This document shows, piece after piece, positions 18,182 to 27,437 of a stretch of DNA of 64,000 bases. The stretch is from Patescibacteria group bacterium (lineage in GTDB: Bacteria; Patescibacteriota; UBA1384; XYA2-FULL-43-10; 1-14-0-10-43-13), in NCBI GenBank assembly GCA_041666325.1, contig JBAYHC010000003.1:95102-159101 (forward strand), given 5' to 3'. Below the pieces are notes generated by a model that had not been told where the DNA came from, made no database searches, and worked only from the letters and a program-made list of their open reading frames with translations. How positions within the stretch are numbered: the stretch's first letter is position 1; each line of letters begins with the position of its first letter. Made by a program: the position numbers and the translations under genes.

Positions 18182-18412
18182 CTAGGCAGCACTCACTGCC
18201 TGTCTTGCGTCCTCTTCATCAACCTGAGCTTGAATTGCACCCAGGTCCTCAGATGCCTTATCGATAGCATCAAAGGCATCGCCTGCTGCTTGTTCAACTT
18301 TTTGCTTAATCTCAACAACCACACTCTTTAATTCGGTTGTCTCTGCTTCCAAGCTTTCAATGACAGCCGTGAGTGTTCGAATGTCTTCATCTAATTGATT
18401 TAAATCTGCCAT
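18182..18412 (-). CDS. Small coiled-coil hypothetical protein
   Basis: GAGGAGG RBS, heptad pattern. Confidence 0.7.
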   Translation of the reverse strand: MADLNQLDEDIRTLTAVIESLEAETTELKSVVVEIKQKVEQAAGDAFDAIDKASEDLGAIQAQVDEEDARQAVSAA

Positions 18413-18433
18413 ATGCCTCCTCTTAATCGTAAA

Positions 18434-19120
18434 TTAGACCTGTTTCATCGCTTCCATGCTGCTCAACTGACCACGCATAGTTGCGATTGCCTGTTCTCTT
18501 AGTGCCACTCTTTGCTGCATAACCTCAAGCATCTTAGTGTCTGAAGCTAGCTTTGTCTCTTCCTTGGTAATCTGTTCCAACATTTCGTGAATTTTTTTGC
18601 CTATTGCACCATCATTAAATCTTCGAATCAGACCGGTTCGAACTTCCCGGCCGGTATCGCAAGCACGATTGAAACGCTCGGTTCCCCAATCAACGGCATC
18701 GTCTTTAACTTCGACAGCTCTATTATAGCCATCAACCAATGTTCTACCAGCTTCCTGTGCTACAGCGACAGTTGTCTCTTTAACTAGCTTCACGTCTTCT
18801 ACTGCCTGTTCTTTTAGATCCAGGCCGATTTCCTTGCCAAGAGCCACAGTTTCTGCTGCTAAATTTTTTGCTGCCTGGTCTGCACCGAGCACGCCATCGA
18901 TTGCTTTTCCTCCGGCATCAACAGTTAAGCCACCAAGAAATCGTAAACCTTTTCCGACCTTTCTTGCCGCACCAGAAAACCTATTGCTAAGCCAACCTTT
19001 TGCCTGTTCGTACTGCTGGCCCACAATTTCTTTAGCTCCCTCAACCTGCCGCCCCAGAGCTTCCTTTCGCTCTCTTCCAACTTCGCTTGCAGCCCTTCGA
19101 TCTACAGATATCTCAGCCAT
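18434..19120 (-). CDS. Amphipathic-helix / coiled-coil hypothetical protein
   Basis: 228-aa ORF, AGGAGG RBS. Confidence 0.7.
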   Translation of the reverse strand: MAEISVDRRAASEVGRERKEALGRQVEGAKEIVGQQYEQAKGWLSNRFSGAARKVGKGLRFLGGLTVDAGGKAIDGVLGADQAAKNLAAETVALGKEIGLDLKEQAVEDVKLVKETTVAVAQEAGRTLVDGYNRAVEVKDDAVDWGTERFNRACDTGREVRTGLIRRFNDGAIGKKIHEMLEQITKEETKLASDTKMLEVMQQRVALREQAIATMRGQLSSMEAMKQV

Positions 19121-19308
19121 CGATCCTCCTAGATTAATATCTTTCTCATGTAATAAATTATGGCCTAATTATTGTAGCAATAATTTATTTTGTCAATGTG
19201 GATAACTCAAATTGTCCTAATCAGCTTCAAGCGGTCCACGAAATGGTTATTCAGATTTTGTTGGTAATCCAAAAGAAGATTAAAAATACATGTCTAATCC
19301 ATCGCCTG

Positions 19309-20037
19309 TTATCTGGTTCGAAAAGCCTGAGCATGAGTACGCTGCTTTTCTTCGGCCTGCATTGCCAGATCACGGTAATCTTTGTTGTCAATATCGAGGA
19401 CTGTTGCCCGCTTCAACGCTTTTGCTGCCTTTGCAAATTGTCTCACCTCCATGAAAGCGCGACCTAGCGCCGCATGCCAAGCAGATTGGCTTCGATCAAG
19501 AATAACTGCTTTCTGCAAATGCTCTATTGCTTGAGTAAAATCTTCGCTACGAAGCTCAATTTCACCCAAGCCAAAGTATGCTTCGCCCAATTCATCGTTA
19601 CTCTTGATTGCCGTCTTGTATGCCTCTTTGGCATCCTCAAAATGGCCTCGCAGAGACGCGACTCTACCGATAACAACATAAGCCTGAGCACTGCGCTTAT
19701 CTTTTTTTAATGCCTCCAAGGCCAAATCTTCAGCCGCCCGTAGGTCGTCTGAATCAAGGGCCTGGTCAGCCTCAAATAAAATTCTCGCAAGCTCAGGATC
19801 AAGCTCCATAAATCTTTTTTGAGCCTCATTGATGTCGCGGGGCGGAACAATATTATCCTGACCCTTGACGATCTCTTCCTGAATTTTTTCCAGTTCCTTT
19901 TCCCGTTTCTTGGCAAATCTACCCCAAAAAGAGACTGCCGGTTTGTCAGCAACCACTTCTGTGCCTGTTCGGGGGAAGTTACGCAACATCAAGAACAAGG
20001 CAAAGGCCAAACAAATTATGATCAGAATTTCTAGCAA
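19309..20037 (-). CDS. Membrane-anchored TPR protein
   Basis: N-terminal TM; repeats 'AY..LG......GD...A..AY..A'. Confidence 0.85.
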   Translation of the reverse strand: MLEILIIICLAFALFLMLRNFPRTGTEVVADKPAVSFWGRFAKKREKELEKIQEEIVKGQDNIVPPRDINEAQKRFMELDPELARILFEADQALDSDDLRAAEDLALEALKKDKRSAQAYVVIGRVASLRGHFEDAKEAYKTAIKSNDELGEAYFGLGEIELRSEDFTQAIEHLQKAVILDRSQSAWHAALGRAFMEVRQFAKAAKALKRATVLDIDNKDYRDLAMQAEEKQRTHAQAFRTR

Positions 20038-20088
20038 GTTTACTCCAAGCCCACTTCTGGTGATTTAAAACATATCAAGCACTTAATT

Positions 20089-20787
20089 TTACCACACTTT
20101 TTCCAATGAAAGAACCAGGTCCTCTAACGCAAGACGTGCATTGGCGTTACCATCAATTGCTCGACGGCACTGGTGCAGCAAGATCATTGCTTCGGCGTAT
20201 TTTGCTTCTTTTTTTTCAAGCAACTGCTGACGCAGATAACTTTCGATCGATTCTAGCAAAGCTTTTGTCTTGCCATCTTTTGTCATATCACCAATTGTTT
20301 TAGAGGCTAGCGCAAAGCCACCTTTTATCCACTCGATTGATATTGATTCTACAGACTCATTGTCTGCACCGGAATCAATGCGCGAGACTCTGCAACGCGA
20401 AATAATAGTGGGCAAAACTGCAGAGTTAGCAGAAAATAGAATGAAAGTCGCCCCTCGTGGCGGTTCTTCCAAAGTTTTTAGAAGAATATTGGCCGATGAA
20501 TCATTTAGCTTTTCACAGTCGTGTATGACTGCCAGTCTCCCGCCTCCCTGTGGGGACAGATTGATCTCATGGATAAGTCTGCGGACGTCTTCAACTTTTA
20601 TCTCTCCACTCTTGCCGGTATCAGAAGATGGCGCAACAACAGAAATATCCTCTGATAGTATTCCCTTACTTTCAGTAAAGTAGCCAACCAGCTTTTCGTT
20701 TTCCTGGTCCTTCCCGCCTATAAACAAATAGGCATGAGACCAGGAATTTTGCTTGGCATCATTCTCTAGAACCTCTTCTGCTTTCAT
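20089..20787 (-). CDS. holB: DNA polymerase III delta-prime subunit (short form)
   Basis: HAYLF, 'IKVEDVR', 'SANILLKTLEEPP', 'LPTIISRC'. Confidence 0.85.
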   Translation of the reverse strand: MKAEEVLENDAKQNSWSHAYLFIGGKDQENEKLVGYFTESKGILSEDISVVAPSSDTGKSGEIKVEDVRRLIHEINLSPQGGGRLAVIHDCEKLNDSSANILLKTLEEPPRGATFILFSANSAVLPTIISRCRVSRIDSGADNESVESISIEWIKGGFALASKTIGDMTKDGKTKALLESIESYLRQQLLEKKEAKYAEAMILLHQCRRAIDGNANARLALEDLVLSLEKVW

Positions 20788-20924
20788 CACCCACACTCTA
20801 GCAAACACACCCGAAATTGACAAGAGAAAAACAGGCGGGTAAATTAATAATGAATACGATCGAAAATTGTATAATCCAGACACTAAAGCCCGGGATCTAG
20901 CTTTTACTAACAGAAAGAAGTCAA

Positions 20925-21257
20925 ATGGAAGGTGACACCTCCAAACTTGAAGATAAGGTTCTATTGTGCAAAGATTGCGGCAAAAGATTTCTTTGGACGG
21001 CCGGAGAGCAAAAGTTCTTCATCGACAAGGGGCTCCAAAACATTCCAAAACGCTGTAAGATCTGCACCGCAAACTACAAAGAGAAACTGAGAGAAAAACA
21101 TCCGATCTGGGAGATTAAATGTAAGGTCTGCGGCAAAAAGGCCGAGGCACCATTTGAGCCAAAGGGGAGCGATATTTTGTGCGAGAGTTGCTTCAATCTT
21201 GAAATAGAAAAGAGAGACAAGGCAATTGAGGCCATAGGAGAAAGAGTTCCTGAGTAG
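20925..21257 (+). CDS. Double zinc-ribbon protein
   Basis: 'DK.L.CKDCG..F..TAGEQ.FF..KG..N.PKRC..C' plus second CxxC...CxxC. Confidence 0.85.
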   Translation: MEGDTSKLEDKVLLCKDCGKRFLWTAGEQKFFIDKGLQNIPKRCKICTANYKEKLREKHPIWEIKCKVCGKKAEAPFEPKGSDILCESCFNLEIEKRDKAIEAIGERVPE

Positions 21258-21313
21258 GAACCGGATGATTAGCCAACCGACAAAAAACGCGTTTGAGTTC
21301 TAAGATAGCGCGT

Positions 21314-21508
21314 CTATTCGCTTTTTTCTGTTTGTGCTACCTTTTCGAGATTCTGGTACTTTTTGAGAGTACGAAGACATTGAGTGCACACAAGAATACC
21401 GCCAACTTTTTGGAGGTTAGGTTTGAATTTTCGCTTGGTATGATTTTGAGCGTGAGAAACGAGACTCCCTGTATGGGCTCTCTTTCTGCAAATTAAGCAC
21501 TGGGCCAT
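21314..21508 (-). CDS. rpmB: 50S ribosomal protein L28
   Basis: C..C.K...G..VSHA...TKRKFKPNLQ...CT.CLR. Confidence 0.95.
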   Translation of the reverse strand: MAQCLICRKRAHTGSLVSHAQNHTKRKFKPNLQKVGGILVCTQCLRTLKKYQNLEKVAQTEKSE

Positions 21509-21745
21509 AGTCAAGTCCTTTGTGTCTATGGTAAACTGTTACTGTCTGAATATAGCACGAAAGTGACTTTAAATCAAGACCAAAAAGCACGAAGGGTCTC
21601 AATGAAAAATCACGCTCTTGCAGCCTCGCTTAAAACTTAGCACTTTCCGGCCTTGGCTCGAGCTTTGGCCAGTCTCGGCTTGTCTAAGCCAAAAGGGCCG
21701 AGACAGGTCATGCTTCCTTAACTTTCACACTTTTGAGAATTTATT

Positions 21746-22399
21746 ATGTTTCTACTCAACCTACTTCAAAATCCAATCTTTTTCGTTGTTTTCCTAGTCG
21801 CCTTAGTGGTTGCGATTACTGTTCATGAGTATGCCCACGCCTTAGTGGCTAATAGACTCGGTGACAGCACACCCAAATATATGGGGAGAGTTACGCTTAA
21901 CCCACTTGCCCACTTGGATCCGCTTGGAACCCTGTTTCTGTTTATTGCCGGATTCGGCTGGGGCAAACCCGTGCCAATCAATCCCCGCAACTTTCGAAAA
22001 AGAGAGGATGAGATCAAGGTTGCGCTCGCCGGCATCATCGCCAACATCCTAATGGCCATCATAATCGGCATTCCAATACGGATAGCCATCTTGCAGGGAA
22101 TACCGATCGAGAGTTCTACCTTCCTCTCAGTCCTGAACTTCGCAGTTGAGATCAATATTGTGCTTGCAGCATTCAATCTATTGCCGATTTACCCACTCGA
22201 CGGATCACACCTCATCGAATACCTCTTGCACGATTCCCCCGCCATCCAGTACTACCGCGAAATCGGCCCCTATCTACTCTTCATAATGGTATTCCTGGGC
22301 AGAACTAGCGGGCTCTCGGTTATCTCGATTATCCTCGAGCCGCTAATGAGAGTATTATCATTTATCGCCAAGGGCACCTTCTCTCTCTATAGTTTCTGA
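21746..22399 (+). CDS. Site-2 protease, M50 family
   Basis: HEYAH, 'NPLAHLDPLG', 'FNLLPIYPLDG'. Confidence 0.92.
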   Translation: MFLLNLLQNPIFFVVFLVALVVAITVHEYAHALVANRLGDSTPKYMGRVTLNPLAHLDPLGTLFLFIAGFGWGKPVPINPRNFRKREDEIKVALAGIIANILMAIIIGIPIRIAILQGIPIESSTFLSVLNFAVEINIVLAAFNLLPIYPLDGSHLIEYLLHDSPAIQYYREIGPYLLFIMVFLGRTSGLSVISIILEPLMRVLSFIAKGTFSLYSF

Positions 22400-22695
22400 T
22401 ACCACAGGCTTGAGTCCAGGTCCACTCTATCACCCGCAAAAATAACTCCCTCCGTCAGGAGTTTTTTTGTTTGAGATTCTGCCCCGCCGAAGGCGTATTG
22501 GGCAGATACTCTACCCAGACTATTCACCACTCGATGGCAAGGAATTGAGCTGGGGTCAGGGTTCTTGTGTAAAATATTTCCGATCGCCCTGGCGCTTTTC
22601 ATACCGCACAATTTTGCGACCTGGCCATAGGTGGCAACTTTGCCCGGAGGAATTAGCGACACGCAGCGATAAACTTTTTCAGTCATGACAGACAT
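22387..22695 (-). CDS. MGMT-family alkylguanine DNA-binding/methyltransferase
   Basis: 'IPPGKVATYGQVA', 'ARAIG', 'PCHRVV'. Confidence 0.9.
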   Translation of the reverse strand: MSVMTEKVYRCVSLIPPGKVATYGQVAKLCGMKSARAIGNILHKNPDPSSIPCHRVVNSLGRVSAQYAFGGAESQTKKLLTEGVIFAGDRVDLDSSLWYQKL

Positions 22696-22703
22696 CGGAT
22701 AAA

Positions 22704-22976
22704 TTAAAGCTTGCTTGCTTCCTCGATAGTCGGAGGTCTATTTGGCCCAACGGCCTTATTGTTATTGTCTTTCTTCTGCTCGGATTCAATTGGCTGTTGA
22801 TCGGCTTGCTTTTCATCTTTGGAAGCGTCAGAAGATTGGTCGGCGCTGCTCTCCATGGAGGCTTGGCCCGAGGAACTTTTTTCAAAAAGCCCCTGTTGCG
22901 CAGCCAAAGCAACCCCAGCCGCTGTTAGGAGCAGGATGATAATTATAATTAACAAAATTTTTTTAGACATGTTCAC
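22704..22976 (-). CDS. Small membrane-anchored low-complexity protein
   Basis: Signal/TM followed by S/Q/D-rich tail. Confidence 0.65.
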   Translation of the reverse strand: MNMSKKILLIIIIILLLTAAGVALAAQQGLFEKSSSGQASMESSADQSSDASKDEKQADQQPIESEQKKDNNNKAVGPNRPPTIEEASKL

Positions 22977-23124
22977 CCCAAGAGCTATTAACTAATGTTT
23001 CTGAGACACAAACAAGCGCAACTCAATTTAGGGAACACAGGTGGACCCAGAATTACTTATACCACAGAATACTACTTCGCACAATAAAAAAAGACGGCTT
23101 GAATTCCAAGCCGCCGGAAATTCT

Positions 23125-23355
23125 CTACCAAGCCCCATGGAAACGAGGCCTCGTTTGGCTGATAATTGCTCTGGCCACATTGGCCGGGAGAAAACGACCA
23201 ATCGGTCGAAAACGCCAATCCAAGTAACGATAAAGTTGACCGCTCTCGTCGATCGCTTTGGTTGGATTACCGTTGGCTGCCGAATAGAGTGTTGTACAAT
23301 CACCCACAACCACAACCTCTGAAACAAGGCCGTCACCGCAAAGAAGCCTTGCCAT
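23125..23355 (-). CDS. Small hypothetical protein, second ORF behind the Tyr-rich attenuator
   Basis: Start overlaps the stop of the upstream ORF (TGATG coupling). Confidence 0.45.
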   Translation of the reverse strand: MARLLCGDGLVSEVVVVGDCTTLYSAANGNPTKAIDESGQLYRYLDWRFRPIGRFLPANVARAIISQTRPRFHGAW

Positions 23356-23597
23356 CAGTTGGACTCAGAAAGAAAATCGATAACTGTCAATGTTGCAGCG
23401 CCAATTCCTAAAGACGAGTAAACTCGGCGCAAAGACGGTCGAAGACGCTCATTGCTATTCCAAATATGACGCAAGGTAAGCATTCCATTCGAACCGTCGA
23501 TGGAGTCTTCAGCTCGCCTCACCATCTCAGCCAACCCTGGGCCAAGAGTAGTCCAAGCATCTTCAAGTGTCATTTCGGGACAAAGTATATCTGTCAT
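23355..23597 (-). CDS. Small hypothetical protein, first ORF behind the Tyr-rich attenuator
   Basis: GGGAGG RBS, 80 aa. Confidence 0.55.
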   Translation of the reverse strand: MTDILCPEMTLEDAWTTLGPGLAEMVRRAEDSIDGSNGMLTLRHIWNSNERLRPSLRRVYSSLGIGAATLTVIDFLSESN

Positions 23598-23663
23598 TCT
23601 TCTTTCCTCCCTCTTCGTTCACGTTGCCGAACCCTGACCTGAACCAGAATCCGGCCAGTAAAC

Positions 23664-23686
23664 AAAAAACCGCGGACATCCGCGGT
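23664..23686 (-). terminator. Attenuator terminator 2
   Basis: ACCGCGG-ATGT-CCGCGGT followed by T-run; alternative pairing with CCGCGGTAATT at the end of the leader. Confidence 0.85.
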
Positions 23687-23714
23687 AATTCTCACTCTTA
23701 TATCTAACCAAAAA

Positions 23715-23783
23715 TTACCGCGGTGCCTCGGTGGTAAAATAATAAAACCAATAGTTTACTGAAGTTTGGTAATCTTTAGTCAT
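23715..23783 (-). CDS. Tyr/Trp/Phe-rich attenuator leader peptide (22 aa)
   Basis: MTKDYQTSVNYWFYYFTTEAPR*, six consecutive aromatic codons ahead of antiterminator/terminator. Confidence 0.8.
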   Translation of the reverse strand: MTKDYQTSVNYWFYYFTTEAPR

Positions 23784-23908
23784 ATTGCTCTTGTGCAGAT
23801 TTTAGCATTAAGTAATTTTTTCGTCAAGAGAGCGAGCCCGAACCGCCGCACAGGTAGTTCGGGCACGAATCTCTTGAATTATCATGTTGATAATTTCGAT
23901 GGTCTCTG

Positions 23909-24775
23909 TCAATTGGCCGGGTATGAACCCAGAATATGAAAACAACTCGACTGCATGCGCATTCCAGAGATTGACCAACTAACCTTCGGCAAACTCTGGT
24001 GTCCATCCAGAACGGCAACGAAGTAATACGAACTGTTTCCACCCTCATTGATGTCAATCTGGAAACTGCTTTGCATGCTGATGTTAACTCCAGAAAGGGC
24101 TGGCGGCCCCAAAACCCGCCAGAGCGAACCAGGCACCTGCGGTGGGCACTCGAAGATCACTAGCGTCTTATACTCCACGCCTTCTTCAGGATAAAGATTG
24201 TTGTGCTCACGTGAGAAAAGCAAAAACCTGGTTCGATTGCCTTCTGTGTCATGAATGTTTGGCAACAATACCTTGAGACTATAAATCTCAGCCGCAGCCT
24301 CTGACGCAATTGCCGCGACCGTTTGATCGCCCATGGCAGCCACTATGCTTGCACCTTCTGCCGTACTGGAGGCAGAATCAAATCCAAGTTTCATTGGACC
24401 CAGATTACGCCGGCACTGCCGCCATGCCTCGAAGTGCGTTTTGACGGTTGAAATATGGTCGATTTCTGCCTCAGGCAAAGCCAGCAATTGATGTCGAATT
24501 GGCAGAAAAACGGACTTGCAGGCGTAAACCGGACGGTTGCCTTGCCAGACCTCACGGAGAGCGCCAATCGTTTCGCCAACCGGACCTGTCGTGTTCTCGA
24601 TTGGTGCAATGCCCCAACGGGCACGGCCACTGGCAACGGCTTCAATGACAGACGCATTGCCCCCACTGCATGCAAGACCTCTCGCTTCAACTTCTTTTGA
24701 ACCAAAAAGCTTAAGAGCTGCCTGGTGACCATTTGTTCCAGCCGGACCAAGATAGGCAATATCACCACTAGTCAT
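23909..24775 (-). CDS. pheA: Prephenate dehydratase (PDT plus ACT domain)
   Basis: 'IAYLGP.GT', 'PIEN...G.V', 'ST..GA', 'AAIAS..AA..Y.L', 'N.TRF'; GAGGAG RBS before MTSGD. Confidence 0.9.
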   Translation of the reverse strand: MTSGDIAYLGPAGTNGHQAALKLFGSKEVEARGLACSGGNASVIEAVASGRARWGIAPIENTTGPVGETIGALREVWQGNRPVYACKSVFLPIRHQLLALPEAEIDHISTVKTHFEAWRQCRRNLGPMKLGFDSASSTAEGASIVAAMGDQTVAAIASEAAAEIYSLKVLLPNIHDTEGNRTRFLLFSREHNNLYPEEGVEYKTLVIFECPPQVPGSLWRVLGPPALSGVNISMQSSFQIDINEGGNSSYYFVAVLDGHQSLPKVSWSISGMRMQSSCFHILGSYPAN

Positions 24776-24843
24776 TCGCTTCTCCTCTCTGCACAGTACT
24801 CCATCATTTATTGCAGCCAATAAACAATGGAAGCTGAGCAAAC

Positions 24844-24867
24844 AAAAAACCGCGGCTACCCGCGGTT
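24844..24867 (-). terminator. Attenuator terminator 1 (pheA leader)
   Basis: AACCGCGG-GTAG-CCGCGGTT plus T-run. Confidence 0.85.
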
Positions 24868-24887
24868 AATTTCGTCTTGTTAGGTCG

Positions 24888-24992
24888 TTATGACTTTATC
24901 AAAAAATTACCGCGGGAACTCGGTGTAAAAAAATTAAAGCAAAACCACACACACGAAACATTTGCATAATTTTTTGATAAACAATCTTTCAT
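24888..24992 (-). CDS. Phe-rich attenuator leader peptide (34 aa, pheL-like)
   Basis: MKDCLSKNYANVSCVWFCFNFFTPSSRGNFLIKS*, WFCFNFF cluster. Confidence 0.75.
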   Translation of the reverse strand: MKDCLSKNYANVSCVWFCFNFFTPSSRGNFLIKS

Positions 24993-25037
24993 TGATAATC
25001 ACTTTAGCGCACGAAGCATATCTTGTCAACACTGGGA

Positions 25038-25460
25038 CTACTTCAATGACATCAGCACCGCTCCAGCCGCAACCAAGGCAGCGCCAATCCCCGACTTCCA
25101 TGTCAGGTGTTCACCCAAGAACAAGACGGCAAGCACCAAAACAAAGACAACACTGAGACGGTCAATCGAAGCTACAGATGATGCTGGGCCGTGCTTGAGA
25201 GCGAAAAAATAGAAAAGCCAAGATGCGGCACCGGCTATGCCGGAGAAAAAAATAAAAGCAAAGGCGCGGCTGTTGATGGTATGAATCATGTCGGCCTTGC
25301 CCAAAGAAAGGGACAGTGCCAATAAGGAAATTGCCATGACTATTGCTCTTGCCGTAGTGGCGAGGGTTGAGTCGATATTGGCAATACCAACTTTGCCGAG
25401 TATCGCTACAAGCGCCGCGAAGAAAGCGGATAAGATTGCATATATTATCCAAATTTCCAT
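25038..25460 (-). CDS. EamA/DMT family transporter
   Basis: 'W..YA.LSA.FAALVAI.GK.G...DS..AT..R', 'SWL.YF.AL..G.AS.V..ID.LS'. Confidence 0.9.
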   Translation of the reverse strand: MEIWIIYAILSAFFAALVAILGKVGIANIDSTLATTARAIVMAISLLALSLSLGKADMIHTINSRAFAFIFFSGIAGAASWLFYFFALKHGPASSVASIDRLSVVFVLVLAVLFLGEHLTWKSGIGAALVAAGAVLMSLK

Positions 25461-25469
25461 ATCGCACCT

Positions 25470-25949
25470 CTAGGCTCTGCCCTTTTCGACAGCCCTGTCT
25501 AAGCGCATAAAGCCAGCTGCCAAGACGACAATCAAGCCGATTGTCGCAACGGCCAAATTGGTCACACCAGACTGAGTTGCCGCCGACGAAACAATTTTCT
25601 CTGTGCCATAAAGCGCGATAATTCCACCCAACAGAAGTCCGTTGCCGACTTCTTCAATGCTTTTGACAATGATCAAACCAGCGATTGCGGACAGGAGGGC
25701 AAAAATTACGACGATCATAAATGAGTTCTTGTAATAACGATCCGATCTATCATTATACTGTTGCAAGTCCTCATTGTACTTATCTAAGGAGGATTGCTGT
25801 TCGGCCGTTAATTCGCTCGCACTATCCTGAATTCCCAATGGATATGTCGGGTAATTTCCCGGGGCCTTGTAAACGTAGCTTACGCAGGCGCTAATAAAAT
25901 ATGCCGCCAAAAAGCTAAGCAAAACAGTGTAGAGCAAACGCGTGATCAT
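25470..25949 (-). CDS. Membrane protein
   Basis: 4 TM, AGGAGG RBS. Confidence 0.75.
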   Translation of the reverse strand: MITRLLYTVLLSFLAAYFISACVSYVYKAPGNYPTYPLGIQDSASELTAEQQSSLDKYNEDLQQYNDRSDRYYKNSFMIVVIFALLSAIAGLIIVKSIEEVGNGLLLGGIIALYGTEKIVSSAATQSGVTNLAVATIGLIVVLAAGFMRLDRAVEKGRA

Positions 25950-26089
25950 ACATCCTCCTTATAGATCAAATAGTTAGTGAATCGGTTTTCTCTATTATTC
26001 TTAATTGCTCCAATAAAATCAAGGGCTGCATTTACCGATAAAATGATATTTCGCAGCCCTTGATACTCTCGCCCTCTTGAATTGTTCAA

Positions 26090-27148
26090 CTATACGGCCA
26101 GAACTATTTCCTCCCATGGCAATCCGGCCTTGCCGAAGTGACCATAAGCTGCCGTTTGCTGGAAGATGGGCTGACGCAAATTTAACTTTTCAATAATTTT
26201 GCCTGGACGAAAATCAAAGTGCTTTTTGACCTCCTCTGCCAGACTCTCGCCCTTTTCATTGATGGCTTCGATCATCAGGGGTTCGGCCCGACCGATAGCA
26301 TAAGCCACGGAAACAAGACACTCTTTGGCCAGTCCGGCAGCCACAAGATTCTTGGCAACGAAACGCGCCATATAAGCAGCAGAGCGATCAACTTTGGTCG
26401 CGTCTTTGCCTGAGAAAGCCCCTCCGCCATGCGGTGCCAATCCACCGTATGTGTCAACCATGATCTTTCGACCTGTTAATCCTGTGTCAGCATAGAATCC
26501 GCCCTGAACAAATCGTCCGGTTGGGTTGACCAAAATCTCAACACCCTCCAAATCCTTGATAACCGGCTTGATCAGGTGCTCGACAATCTTCTCCCTGATC
26601 TCTTCCTGGGAAACGTCCTCGTCATGCTGAGTACTGACGAGCACCGAGGCAATCTTACCATCTTGCATCGTTACCTGGGTTTTGCCATCCGGACGAAGCC
26701 ACTTCATCTCCGGATGAGTTCGGCGCAAGTTCTCAAGCTCGGAAGCAAGCTTCTGAGCATACATAACCGCATCAGGCAGATAAGCATCATTGTCATTACA
26801 GGCATAACCATACATAATACCCTGATCTCCCGCTCCGCCCGTGTCCACGCCCTGAGCAATGTCAGGGGATTGTTGAACTACCTTGGTGATGATCTCCAGG
26901 TCATCGTTGTGACCGATCTCCTTGTAAACCTTTCTTGCGATCTTGGCGAAGTCAACTTTGGCATCGGATGTCAGCTCACCACCAATTACCAGCAATCCGT
27001 GCCCGCCGAACGTCTCGATTGCTACGCGGCTTCGCGGATCCTGGCGCAAACACTCGTCCAGAATTGCGTCGGAAATCTGGTCGCAAATCTTATCGGGATG
27101 ACCCGAAGTCACACTCTCCGCTGTCACAATCTTCGACTTGTGGAACAT
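26090..27148 (-). CDS. metK: S-adenosylmethionine synthetase
   Basis: ESV..GHPDKICDQISD, GAGDQG, GGGAFSGKD.TKVDRS, YGHFG. Confidence 0.98.
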   Translation of the reverse strand: MFHKSKIVTAESVTSGHPDKICDQISDAILDECLRQDPRSRVAIETFGGHGLLVIGGELTSDAKVDFAKIARKVYKEIGHNDDLEIITKVVQQSPDIAQGVDTGGAGDQGIMYGYACNDNDAYLPDAVMYAQKLASELENLRRTHPEMKWLRPDGKTQVTMQDGKIASVLVSTQHDEDVSQEEIREKIVEHLIKPVIKDLEGVEILVNPTGRFVQGGFYADTGLTGRKIMVDTYGGLAPHGGGAFSGKDATKVDRSAAYMARFVAKNLVAAGLAKECLVSVAYAIGRAEPLMIEAINEKGESLAEEVKKHFDFRPGKIIEKLNLRQPIFQQTAAYGHFGKAGLPWEEIVLAV

Positions 27149-27232
27149 GTTTCTCCTTCCTATTAATAAAAAATTTTAATTAGTCGGCTAATCCGTTCTC
27201 AGCCTGGTATATTGCCCAGCCGTGCCGATAAC

Positions 27233-27255
27233 AAAAAACTCTCCACAAAGGAGAG
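27233..27255 (-). terminator. Riboswitch expression-platform terminator
   Basis: CTCTCC-TTTGT-GGAGAG followed by TTTTTT. Confidence 0.8.
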
Positions 27256-27267
27256 CATACTTATGCG

Positions 27268-27437
27268 GCATCTTTCCTTTGCGACCCCCGATTTGTCGGG
27301 GTAAAGGCTAGAGTTGGCACCCACACTTCTCGTCTCGCCAGAGGCGGAACAGACAGGGTTGTCGGCAGTTAATAGCGGGCTAGTTCCCGCCCCGCATAGC
27401 CCATTCGGGCGACGTGGGGTCACTGCTCTCTTGATAC
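27268..27437 (-). ncRNA. SAM-I/IV-type riboswitch upstream of metK
   Basis: GTATCAAGAG...GGGAACTAGCCC...ACTGCCGACAACC...GGTGCCAACTC...GGAAAGATGC core motifs; P1 GTATC/GATGC. Confidence 0.85.

Noticed and set aside
24899-24967. Alternative pheA leader frame MQMFRVCGFALIFLHRVPAVIF
   Set aside because: Its Phe codons are dispersed; the other frame clusters WFCFNFF and aligns with the second leader.
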